A stretch of DNA of 36,127 nucleotides, taken from Chrysochromulina tobinii (taxonomy: Eukaryota). The stretch covers positions 1 to 36,127 of the forward strand of contig JWZX01002262.1 in assembly GCA_001275005.1 (NCBI GenBank), written 5' to 3'. The notes under the pieces were generated by a model. The model saw nothing but the letters and a program-made list of their open reading frames with translations, had not been told where the DNA came from and ran no database searches. The translations under genes and the position numbers were made by a program. Of the stretch, positions 11,258-20,474 are shown piece by piece. Each line of letters opens with the position of its first letter. The first letter of the stretch is position 1.

Positions 11258-11579
11258 TGCCCGCGCGGGTCAATGGCCGCTCGTGAGGCGAGGAGGTCGA
11301 GGCGACAGGAGGCGTCTTCCGTCAAGGGAGCGACCCGAAGTGCGAAGACTTCGTACGTGCCGGTGTGAGCGCCGTGCCGGGCCAGGACTCAGAAAGACGT
11401 CCACTTCACTCCCCTGTTGAGGAATTCAATTTTACACAAAATAATACAAGTGGAACAAGTCCAGGTGGCCCCGGGACCCGGTCGGGTTTCTGCTTTCTCC
11501 GCGAGACGTCCGGAGACTCCTGACCTTAAGAGGACCGTCACCAGTAATTTTGAGAGCGAAGACTCCGCCCCCCGACCTC

Positions 11580-12794
11580 TCATCGACGTGCCAGGCACGA
11601 GCCTAGCGCCTCGCATTTGTAGAGGCCGTGCGCGGCCGAGCCTCGTTCGGCAGTCTCGTGCATGCAGCGCGTGCGCACCTGCACCTCCGCGATCATGCCA
11701 CTGCGGAGTCGCACGTTGAGATGCATGCTTCGGTACCCGTTCGGCTTCGGATGGGCGATGTAATCCTTGAGCGGTCGACTCAGGCTCCAGAGGCTGAGCA
11801 CCGCGTCGGCCGCCAGCTGGCAGCGCGCAGCACAGCCATCGACCGCCGAAACGGTGCCCGTCACGGCGCCATGCTCGTCGTCATCCTCGAGGACGGCGCC
11901 ATGCTCGTCGTCATCCTCGAGGACGACACGTAGCCCGAGCACGTCGTCGACACGCTCCTTGTTTCGAAGCACGAGCTTCTCGAAGAGAGACGTCGAGCTC
12001 TTCACACGTGCCTGGAGTGTGAAATGGCTGCCGTGGGGCAGCGCCGCCTTGAGCGCTGCTTGCAGCTCGGCAGTCGCCTCATCGAGCGCGCTTCGCGCGG
12101 CCGGGCTGCGTATGGCGTGCCAGCGCTTGACCTCGCCATACGCTGTCGGGAAGGTGAGCGAGCACGCCGCGTCGGAGGCGCGCGTCAGGAGCCACCGCTG
12201 CAGCCCATGCTTAGCTGTAGCCGCGCCGCGCTCATTAGAGAGCGCCTCCAGCCGGTGCTCCGCGCCCAGGCAAAGCTGAACAAGCCCAAGTCGCACGCGC
12301 AGGCCATTGTTCTCTGTCAGCTCGTCCCATACGCCGTGCGCGGGCGCAGCGACGCCGCCCCGTTCTGCAGCCACCCAGCCGAGCCGTGCCGATGCAGCAG
12401 CGCGCGTCCGCCCAAACCTTGATGCGGGCGCGGCCTTGCCGATCGCAAGGCCGCTGACGACCGGCAGCAGCAGCAGTAGCAGCAGCAGGCCCTGCGCTAG
12501 CCGGAGGTCGATGGAGATCGTCGTCTTTGGCTGGAGGCGCCTGAAGCCGCGCCTGCGCGCAAACTCGACGAGCTTCCGAGGCGACTCGATGGTGATGGTG
12601 ATCGACTTGCGGCGGATTGGTGACGGCGAGTCGGGCGTGGGCGGCTCAATCGTCGAGTCGAAACTGACAGTCACCCGAGGAGAGAGAGACCGTAATCGTT
12701 GCAACGGCGTGGTTGCCGCGGGCTCGTCGAAGCCGTCCTCGTCATCCAGGAGTGAATCGCTGCGGAGGCGAATCATGGGCGGACGTGTTGCCAT
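11580..12794 (-). CDS. RelA/SpoT homolog: (p)ppGpp synthetase domain with degenerate hydrolase region, about 404 aa
   Basis: Synthetase motifs ARVKSSTSLFEK, DDVLGLRVV, KDYIAHPKPNGYRSMH and EVQVRTRCMHETAERGSAAHGLYK. First ATG is at 12794; the ORF-track start at 12878 is GTG. Confidence 0.88.
   Translation of the reverse strand: MATRPPMIRLRSDSLLDDEDGFDEPAATTPLQRLRSLSPRVTVSFDSTIEPPTPDSPSPIRRKSITITIESPRKLVEFARRRGFRRLQPKTTISIDLRLAQGLLLLLLLLPVVSGLAIGKAAPASRFGRTRAAASARLGWVAAERGGVAAPAHGVWDELTENNGLRVRLGLVQLCLGAEHRLEALSNERGAATAKHGLQRWLLTRASDAACSLTFPTAYGEVKRWHAIRSPAARSALDEATAELQAALKAALPHGSHFTLQARVKSSTSLFEKLVLRNKERVDDVLGLRVVLEDDDEHGAVLEDDDEHGAVTGTVSAVDGCAARCQLAADAVLSLWSLSRPLKDYIAHPKPNGYRSMHLNVRLRSGMIAEVQVRTRCMHETAERGSAAHGLYKCEALGSCLARR
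11863..11925. repeat. 30-bp perfect coding duplication (VLEDDDEHGA x2) inside the RSH synthetase domain
   Basis: acggcgccatgctcgtcgtcatcctcgagg at 11863 and 11893. Confidence 0.9.
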
Positions 12795-13263
12795 GGCAAG
12801 CAAAACTGACAGTTGGTGCTCTCGAGGCCTATACCCGGGAACCACATCCAAACATGCAACCAAAACGGCCCAAAACACACGAAAAGTTGACTTTTTGGAG
12901 TCCTCGTTCAGACGCGATGGGGGGACTCCACTTGAGTACTACTACTTGAGTTGATTCTTTCCTCTTCGAGAGAAATGGACAAGGTAGACCCAACCTACGC
13001 GACCAAGTTTACGAACAAGGACCCAAAGTGGGAAGAGCACTCGTCTCTCGTGAAGAGCTCGAAGTTGTTCCCTCCCTCACATAATCTTCAGACAACCACA
13101 CGGTCGCCTTCGGAGAGGTTTCATGAGGTTTTTGACGAGATTTGGTACGAATCCGCGAATTGGACGGTCGCCTGAGCGGACGGTTGGGCCGTCGTCGCTG
13201 AGGCCGTCGGGTGCGATCGGAGCCAATCGGTGGTGTCCACGGTGGCGCGCCAGCACGAGATCC

Positions 13264-14106
13264 ATGATGCTCGCAATGTGCCCCTCGCCGCTCAAGGAGA
13301 GCAATCATCTGTGGCTCCTCGCCGAGGCTTCGCTCAACTTCCCTTCGCACGGCGACGCACCCTCGGAAAACAAGCCCAACTCCAAGTGGACTGCCAAGGA
13401 GGCTCTGTGGAGCGACGAGTCGCTCGAGGGCACGGCGATCGAGGGCACGTCACCCGATGGCGCGCCAGCGCCGGTGCCCCCCCCCCGATCGGCCTCGCGC
13501 GCCGACTCCTCGCGCTCCGCTTCGCCTGCCATCCCCGGCCGCTCGTACGTATGCCGCAAATGCCATCGCGAGTACGCCAGCACCGATGCTGTCCGCAAGC
13601 ACTGCCGGCAAAACCATGCCGAGTGGTTGCGCGAGCAGGGCCAGGGCTGCCCAACTCTGTATAGCACGGTCATCGACGCGCCGCCAGCGACCTTCGATGC
13701 GCTTGTGCCGCACGCTAGCACGGTTGCGACACCGCCGACCATCGCAATTGCCGCAGAGGATCCCGAATCGATCGACGCAGCCGAGTCGTTCATCGCCTTT
13801 TCCAGGGCGACCGTCGCTGGCGGGATGCCCGCGGCTCCGCCCGCCGCGCCCGCCGCCGTCCATGCTGCGCACGCCACGTTCGTGACTGCAACGCCGAGCC
13901 CCATCGGCAACTGGCGTCCACTCGAGGGAGTAGGCGCGAAGCGGCCGCGGCCGCGGAGCGTGCGCTGCGGCAAGTGCGACGGCTGCGAGCGTGACGACTG
14001 CGGCGTGTGCAAGAACTGCGTCGACAAACCAAAATTTGGCGGCCTGGGCCAGCGCAAGCAGGGCTGCATTGCCAAGATCTGCCGAGCCCCGCGTGTGGCC
14101 AACTAA
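13264..14106 (+). CDS. C2H2 zinc finger plus CXXC-type zinc finger protein, about 280 aa (ORF also open from 13123)
   Basis: C2H2: YVCRKCHREYASTDAVRKHCRQNH. zf-CXXC with KFGG motif: RCGKCDGCERDDCGVCKNCVDKPKFGGLGQRKQGCIAKIC. Confidence 0.85.
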   Translation: MMLAMCPSPLKESNHLWLLAEASLNFPSHGDAPSENKPNSKWTAKEALWSDESLEGTAIEGTSPDGAPAPVPPPRSASRADSSRSASPAIPGRSYVCRKCHREYASTDAVRKHCRQNHAEWLREQGQGCPTLYSTVIDAPPATFDALVPHASTVATPPTIAIAAEDPESIDAAESFIAFSRATVAGGMPAAPPAAPAAVHAAHATFVTATPSPIGNWRPLEGVGAKRPRPRSVRCGKCDGCERDDCGVCKNCVDKPKFGGLGQRKQGCIAKICRAPRVAN

Positions 14107-14509
14107 GCCCAGGCGCATCGAGTGCTTTTGTGTACCCATGCAGAGGTGGCGGCGCTGCCCCTGCGCATGATATGCGACGCCCGTGGGGATGGTCGAAGGC
14201 GTGCTTGAGCCCTGACTCTTGTGCGTCAGAACACTCAAAAATGCACGAGCTCCGCCTGGTCGGTTCTTCGCGCGTGCGGCCCGAAGCGCGCGACCTGTGT
14301 GCGTGCGCAATCAGTGTGGTGACTCAGATACGCCACCGTGTGAGCATGGATATGTCTTTCTGGTTACAGCTGTATTGTGAGGTGTGCTGAGCACACATTG
14401 GACAGTCACGGCGCATGTACACAAATGTGATACCGGCTTTATGAACTTCGTTGAATCGAATACTGTGACTCAGCGGCGGCCCGCGGTTAGTTACCGCGGG
14501 GGCCCAATC

Positions 14510-16183
14510 TTACTCCTCCATTGCGTATTCAAATCTCTCGCATTCCATGGCCAGCACAAAGTTCTGTCGGGAGAAGGCTTCGGGAAACGTGTAAATACGC
14601 GTTTGCTTCACCATTCGTCTGCCATGCGCGCTCTTGCCGATGGCGCTCGCTCGCGCCAGCCGCATGCCGCTGACAACCCGACGTGCCTCTGCCGAGATGG
14701 TGGGGTCCACGCAGTCGGCCATGCGGCACAGCACGTCTTTCTCCGACTCTTGAAGCCCCCAATCGGCCGCTGGGCTCATTCTACGATGCTTGTTGAAGCA
14801 GCAGCTGCACACAAGGGCGGAAGCACCGAATTGGGCTGCGATGGCGAGTGCCGTGTCACTCAGGCCACCGCACGCGTGCAGGGCCACCAGAGCATCGACG
14901 CCGCACAGGTCCGAAAGGCTGCCCTCGCCGTCGCCATTGGCCGGTTGCCTTCCAGTGCCTCCCATCGAATCTCCCATCGAATCTCCCATCGAGTCTGGCT
15001 GCAGGAGGGTACGAGCGTCTCCGCACGTGAAGTGCGCATTGCTCAGCCCTGCCGTGGCTGCTCGACGTTGCGCCGCTGCGATCGCGGCTTTGTTGGTATC
15101 GATGCCCAAGACGACGCGCTCCGGCATCGACGCCGCCAAGAGGAGGGCCAAATCGCCCTTGCCGCACCCCAGATCGAGGATACGGGTCTGTGGGCTGCTC
15201 CGTGCCGCCAGCAACTGCTCCACGTGCCACAGCATCCAGCGCAGCTGCGGCACCTTCTTCTCGCGCAGATATGCACGCCGCACTTCGGCATCTGCCGCAG
15301 GCAAGTCCGCAGGGAGGCCGTTCTCGGGGTCGAGAGCCCCTTGCAAGCAGGCGCTGATGCGCGACTCCGGGGCGAGATTCGTCGAGAGCTGCACGCGCCA
15401 ATCCGTCGCCGACCACCGAGCACCGACGCCGTCGAGGAAGCCGAGCTCGGTCGCCGAAAACCGAGGCGGCCGATGGCTGCGCACGCATCCGCCGCGCAGC
15501 CTCGCCGACAGCTGCCTCGCGAGGCTCGCTGCGGTCGTTGAGGCAGGCTCTTCACAACCGAAACAGACCACTGTCGCATCCACGCCACCTTCGTCGCCCT
15601 CCTCCATCTCAGCCTGCATGCCGCCAGCCTCGTCTTCCTCAATGACGGCACGCACAATCGCATCCATCTCCTCAGCAGCCGCACCCGTTGCGGCGGCGAC
15701 GGTGGACATCGAGAGTGCCGAGCAGGCAACCAGCCGTGCAGCCTTGAGGAATGCAGAAGGGTCCGGTGGCAAGGAGTCCAATCCGAGACTCGAGGCGAAG
15801 AGCGACACTTGTCCACTCCTCGTGTGTCCTAGAGTGCCACAAATATTGAGGCCCGAGTGGCGCCGGAGCAGCAGTGAAAGCGCCAAGCCTCGTATGCCGC
15901 ACTTGAGCTCGGGTTCACTGACAACTACTTGGATTGATGAAGTCGAGCCATCGCTCTCGCTCTCGGAAGCGTCAACAAGGTCCAAGAATGTCGACCGCCT
16001 CATCGTGCGAACATTCGCGACCTTGCCAACGACGCATAATCGCGGTAGAGGTGCACCAGCTTGCAGTGCTGCGAGTTGCATGTTGATGGCGTATGGCGAG
16101 AGCGATGGCCGTGTCTCTACGGATATCGTGCAAACGACTGAATGGCGCGTCCGTGGAGCGATTATGAGCGTGAGGTCGAGCAT
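14510..16183 (-). CDS. OB-fold plus class I SAM-dependent methyltransferase (Methyltransf_32 / GSTCD-METTL25-like)
   Basis: MTase motifs RILDLGCGKGDLALLLA, VLGIDTN and LVALHACGGLSDTAL...VCSCCFNK. N-terminal VVGKVANVR..TFLDLVD..IQVVV..GTLGHTRSGQVSLFASSL resembles an anticodon-binding OB fold. Alternative start ATG at 16081. Confidence 0.8.
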   Translation of the reverse strand: MLDLTLIIAPRTRHSVVCTISVETRPSLSPYAINMQLAALQAGAPLPRLCVVGKVANVRTMRRSTFLDLVDASESESDGSTSSIQVVVSEPELKCGIRGLALSLLLRRHSGLNICGTLGHTRSGQVSLFASSLGLDSLPPDPSAFLKAARLVACSALSMSTVAAATGAAAEEMDAIVRAVIEEDEAGGMQAEMEEGDEGGVDATVVCFGCEEPASTTAASLARQLSARLRGGCVRSHRPPRFSATELGFLDGVGARWSATDWRVQLSTNLAPESRISACLQGALDPENGLPADLPAADAEVRRAYLREKKVPQLRWMLWHVEQLLAARSSPQTRILDLGCGKGDLALLLAASMPERVVLGIDTNKAAIAAAQRRAATAGLSNAHFTCGDARTLLQPDSMGDSMGDSMGGTGRQPANGDGEGSLSDLCGVDALVALHACGGLSDTALAIAAQFGASALVCSCCFNKHRRMSPAADWGLQESEKDVLCRMADCVDPTISAEARRVVSGMRLARASAIGKSAHGRRMVKQTRIYTFPEAFSRQNFVLAMECERFEYAMEE

Positions 16184-16322
16184 GGAGCGACAGTGAAAAA
16201 GGGGGTTCCGTGTGAACCGTACCGATACTCGACGCGATCGAGCTTCAACTCAAGAACGGGATCCCTCGCAAGTTCCCATCGCCACGTGGCTCCAGGGACG
16301 CCCAGGATTCAGGGAGACAACC

Positions 16323-17132
16323 ATGTTTCGCGGCGCCTCTCTTAGCATGGCGACGCTATCGCTCGCCGCGAGACCTCTGCCGATGCGCTCGACCCGGTTG
16401 CTCGCGTGCGTGCCGGCGGAGCCAATGTCCTCGAGCATCGCGAGTGCACTGGGCAACGTGCGGCAGAAGCTGGCGGAGGCTGCATCCGCAGCCAAACGGC
16501 CGGCACCACGCCTAGTTGCAGTGTCGAAGACAAAGCCTGTCGAGCTATTGAGAGAGGCCTACGACGCGGGCGTGCGCGACTTTGGCGAAAACTATGTTCA
16601 GGAGCTCGTGTCGAAGGCGCCGGAGATGCCTGACGACGTCGCATGGCGCTTCATCGGCAGCTTGCAATCTAACAAGGCCAAAACTCTTGTGCACGGCGTG
16701 CCCTCGCTCGCCTGCATCGAGACGCTCGACTCGGTCAAGCTCGCCGATCGCCTCCAGAAGGCCATGGATGACCTGTCGCCACGGCGTGCCACGCCACTCG
16801 GCGTGATGATTCAGGTGAACACGTCGCCGTGGGAGGGAAGCAAGAACGGCGTCCTCGCAGAGGAAGCTCAAGCGCTTGCGATGCACGTCGTGGTCAAATG
16901 CCCGAGCCTACGCCTCTGCGGCCTGATGACCATCGGCGAGCCCGGCAATCTCGCGTGCTTTGATACACTGCGCAGCTGCCGCGACGCGGTCGCAGCCCAG
17001 CTCGGCGTCGAAGCTGGATCACTCGAGTTGTCAATGGGCATGTCGGGCGACTTCGAGGCCGCCGTCGCCAAAGGCTCCGACTCCGTGCGTGTGGGCTCGT
17101 CCATCTTTGGAGCGAGGGAGAAGAAGGCGTGA
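16323..17132 (+). CDS. PLPBP: Pyridoxal phosphate homeostasis protein (YggS/PROSC), about 269 aa, with an organellar-type N-terminal extension
   Basis: RLVAVSKTKP (PLP lysine), FGENYVQEL, WRFIGSLQSNK, VMIQVNTS, GLMTIG, ELSMGMSGDFEAAV..GS..VRVGSSIFGAR. Confidence 0.95.
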   Translation: MFRGASLSMATLSLAARPLPMRSTRLLACVPAEPMSSSIASALGNVRQKLAEAASAAKRPAPRLVAVSKTKPVELLREAYDAGVRDFGENYVQELVSKAPEMPDDVAWRFIGSLQSNKAKTLVHGVPSLACIETLDSVKLADRLQKAMDDLSPRRATPLGVMIQVNTSPWEGSKNGVLAEEAQALAMHVVVKCPSLRLCGLMTIGEPGNLACFDTLRSCRDAVAAQLGVEAGSLELSMGMSGDFEAAVAKGSDSVRVGSSIFGAREKKA

Positions 17133-17181
17133 TAATTCATTCTCCTCTTACAATGTAATTAGTTGTCGCGAAAGCGCCGTG

Positions 17182-17770
17182 ATGGACGGTGCGGACTTCG
17201 AACTCTTTTCCACACGCGCTCAACGGCCGTCCGACCGCACCGACGGAGGCGTTCCTGGCTTGTGTGTGGGAAGAATGCAATGTGCACCAACCTTTGGAGC
17301 GGTCCCGTCAGCGGCGGATGTGAAGAAGAAGCAGGAGGAGGCAGCAATGGTCGAGGAGAAGCGTGATGAGATTCTGATGCAGCTCATGAACAAGGAGGTG
17401 GCCATGCGTCTAAACGCAATGGAAGTGGACAACCCTGCAAAGGTGCAAACTCGCTGCAGCTTGCGAGCGCAGACGAAGTGCGTACTAACATTCATCGATG
17501 TCCCGCCTCAGGTTTCCCGCGTTCGAGATCAAATCCTGGCGCAGCGGGCCCATTGGCGATTGAATGGCCCTTTCAACGAGCAGAACCTCGCAGAATTGCT
17601 GAAGAACATGGAGGTAATCCTTATCCAGCACCCCCTACTCGCACATCTGCTCGTCCCGCTCACATCACGTCTGCGTGCAGGTGACCACTGAAAACACCCG
17701 AGGCGTGGCGCTCAACCGAGGACGCGCATTTGACGATGACGACAGTGACGTGGATCTCGACGGCCTGTAG
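17182..17770 (+). CDS. PDCD5: PDCD5-like (dsDNA-binding domain) protein, about 150 aa, 3 exons
   Basis: Exons 17182-17442 (alternative ATG 17275), 17512-17613 and 17681-17770. Intron 1 has a TACTAAC branch point at 17483. The spliced product EEKRDEILMQLMNKEVAMRLNAMEVDNPAKVSRVRDQIL...NEQNLAELLKNMEVTTENTRGVALNRGRAFDDDDSD follows the PDCD5 pattern. Confidence 0.75.
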
Positions 17771-18317
17771 GGGTGCTTCTGTTTGGATGTGCATCGCGCG
17801 GCTGTGTACGCTCGCCTGCGCTGCATCGAAGGTTTGGGCGAGCGGACCTCCGCATAGGATTCAGGCGCGCGGGCATTGAGAAGTTTGAGCGACACACATC
17901 AACATCTTGGAGTGGAGATACACGCGCTCTTTTACGGCACGCGTCCACGTACGGTACCTCTTTATTTTTTCTTGATCATCGTGATGAAAAAGGCATAAGA
18001 TGTATCATCTGTCCACCGAATTTGAAACCGTGGCGCATGATAGTGCAGGCTCAGAGTCGTATAGTTCACTTGTACACTGACACTACACACATGATGGTCT
18101 CATTCGTCGTCGCACTTGTGCAAGCAATGAGGCAGCTTTGTCGCGCTCGTGCTGCCGCTGCGGCATGCCGTCCACGCCCGCCCCACTGCCGTTTTGTTAT
18201 CCGCGCCCTGCCACCCCTTCGGACCTGCCATGGATGTCTGCTCCGCCTGCTGCTGTGCCGAATGATGATCTGCAGAGCACGCGCCGTCGCTACCATCGCC
18301 GTCCTCGGCACTCCTCT

Positions 18318-20439
18318 TCAGTCGATGGCGAGGTAGAGGATGTCATCATCGATGACCTGCGCCTGCTGCAGCGTCTTCGTGGGCGAAAGCTTTTGGCGCT
18401 CGGCGCGACCGAGCAGCACGTCGGGCGTGATGAACACGGGCGAGAAGTAGAGGTTGATCTCGGAGGATTTAAGGCCCGCCACCTGCGGGAGCAGCCCCGG
18501 CACGGAGGCGACGATCTCCTGCAGCTCGCGCACAGTGGTGGTCTCGCAGACGCCGCGGATGATGACCGAAGCGTTCTCGGGTGCGTCGCGCACGCACGGG
18601 CGCACACGGACCTGACGCAGCTGCGGCAGCGTCGCCGCCCCTGGGAAGAAATCGGAGAGGGGGCGCGGTGCCGCCGAGAGCAGCAGTCGCTCATTGCTGC
18701 GCCCCTCGGCGTACTGAGCGATTATCGTGTCGTCGTGCAGTGGCATTTTGGACGAGGAGGTTGACATCGAGAGCGTGAGGCGCGGCGAGATGTGCAGCTG
18801 CGTGGCCACCTGCCGCTTGAGGTACGCGATCGTACCGTTCATGCGCGCGCGTACGACCACGTGCCCCTCGTCCGTGAGCATGACGAACTGCTCGAGCTGC
18901 AGCAGGCTCGGGGGCAGTGCCGACACGACGCTCAGCTCGGGACCGTAGCCGCCTGTGCTGGCGCCGAGGCCGCTGCCCACACCCGCGCCGTAGCCGGCAC
19001 CCACACCCGAATCGCGCCCGTCGCCGCCGCCGCCGCCACCGCCGCCGCCGCCGTACGCATGAGCAGAGATGCCCCTGCTCACCGCGCCGTATCGGGCGTC
19101 CTTCCGTGCCGAGCAGCATGTGTCGAACTCCTCCTGCTCGGCGAGGGTGAGGCCCCTGTCCGCCGCCTTGGCCTCGAGATACGTAGCGCGATCGGCCTGG
19201 GCGACCGTCGTGACTGCCTGCGCCTTGTCGCGCTCGGCCTCCAGCTCGCTCAGCCGTTCGCGAGCGCGCGAACGTTCCTCCTCCTCCTCGGGCGTGAGTC
19301 CCACCGATGCCATCTTCCGCTGCAGATCGACCAGGCGGCCCTTGTGCTTCTGGATGTCGTCGTCCAAGGAGGCGGCACCGAGCCCCATCGCGTTGAGGAT
19401 CATCTCGTACTGCTTGATCGCACGCTCGAGCTGCTCGCGCTTGGAGCGTGCCTCGGCCGCGTCCTCAATCGAGCGCTCCGCCTGCAGACGGAAGGCGCTG
19501 ATTTCGAGCTCGCGCGAGCGAGCAAGCGATTCGAGCTCGCGCAGACGGTCGAGCTCCCGTGCCTCATGCTCGGCCAGCTTCGCTTGAAGCTCGGCGTTGC
19601 GCGCACGCTGGCTCTCGATGGCATCGAGCAGCGCGAGATTGCGTGCCTGTGCCTCGCGCCGCGCAAGTTGCTCCACCTCGAGATCACGGTTGAGCTGTCG
19701 GCGAAGCTCCTCGATCGCCTCACGTAGCCGCCTGAGGTAGTCCTGCTCAAGCTCCTGCCGCTGCACGTTCAAGATCGCCTCCTGCTCGAGCGCGTAGCGC
19801 GCAGGGTGCACGCCAAGCGCTAGGCCACGCGCCTCAAGCGCCGACGAGCCGAGGAAGCGCTCGTCGCGCGTGCCTCCGGGGCCGCCAATCACGCTGGCCA
19901 AGGCCGCCTCGCGGGCTGCCTGCTGCGCTTCGGCCTCGGCCTGCTGCGTGTGGAGCTGGATGAGCTGCTCGAGCTGCTCGGGCGTGGCACTGCTGCCCTC
20001 CTTTTTGCTCTCGAGCGCGACGATCTTGGTGAGCCGCTCCAGCTCCGCCTGCTCGTCGACGCTGATGCCGCCGGCCGCGCGCTTCTTGCGCTGCAAGTCG
20101 GCTATCCTCTGCAGCCGAGCCATCTCGGTCTGCTCGCCACCGCGTGTGCCGCTGCCGGGCATGAGCCCCTCCGTGGCCTTCTTCTTGCGCAGGTCGGCAA
20201 GCCGCTGCAGGACGGTCAGGTCGCTCTTCTCATCGTCTGTGAGCTCGGCGCCGCTCTCCATCCTCTTCTTGAGCTCCGCCAGCCGGCTGATGTCCGCGCG
20301 CTGCTTGAGCTTGTCCAACTCCACCTGCTCGACCTTCGAGAGCGGCTCACCAATCTTCCTCTTGCGCTCGAGTGCCGCGAGATTGTCGAGGTACGAATGC
20401 TTCTTGCCGCCCACCGCCGACCCGACGCCGCCCTCGCGT

Positions 20440-20474
<35 letters not shown>

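Noticed and set aside
11580..12794. RSH gene as bacterial contamination or a toxin-antitoxin (toxSAS) module
   Set aside because: It is embedded among intron-containing eukaryotic genes with the same composition, has a eukaryote-style N-terminal extension and has no adjacent antitoxin-like ORF.
12951..13175. Short ORF (MDKVDPTYATKF...) between the RSH and CXXC genes
   Set aside because: It has no recognisable motif or clear splice link to the downstream gene, so it cannot be supported.
14481..14499. Hairpin ccgcggt-tagtt-accgcgg after the methyltransferase stop, as a terminator
   Set aside because: A 7-bp GC stem is common at this GC content, there is no U-tract, and the gene is a eukaryotic Pol II gene.
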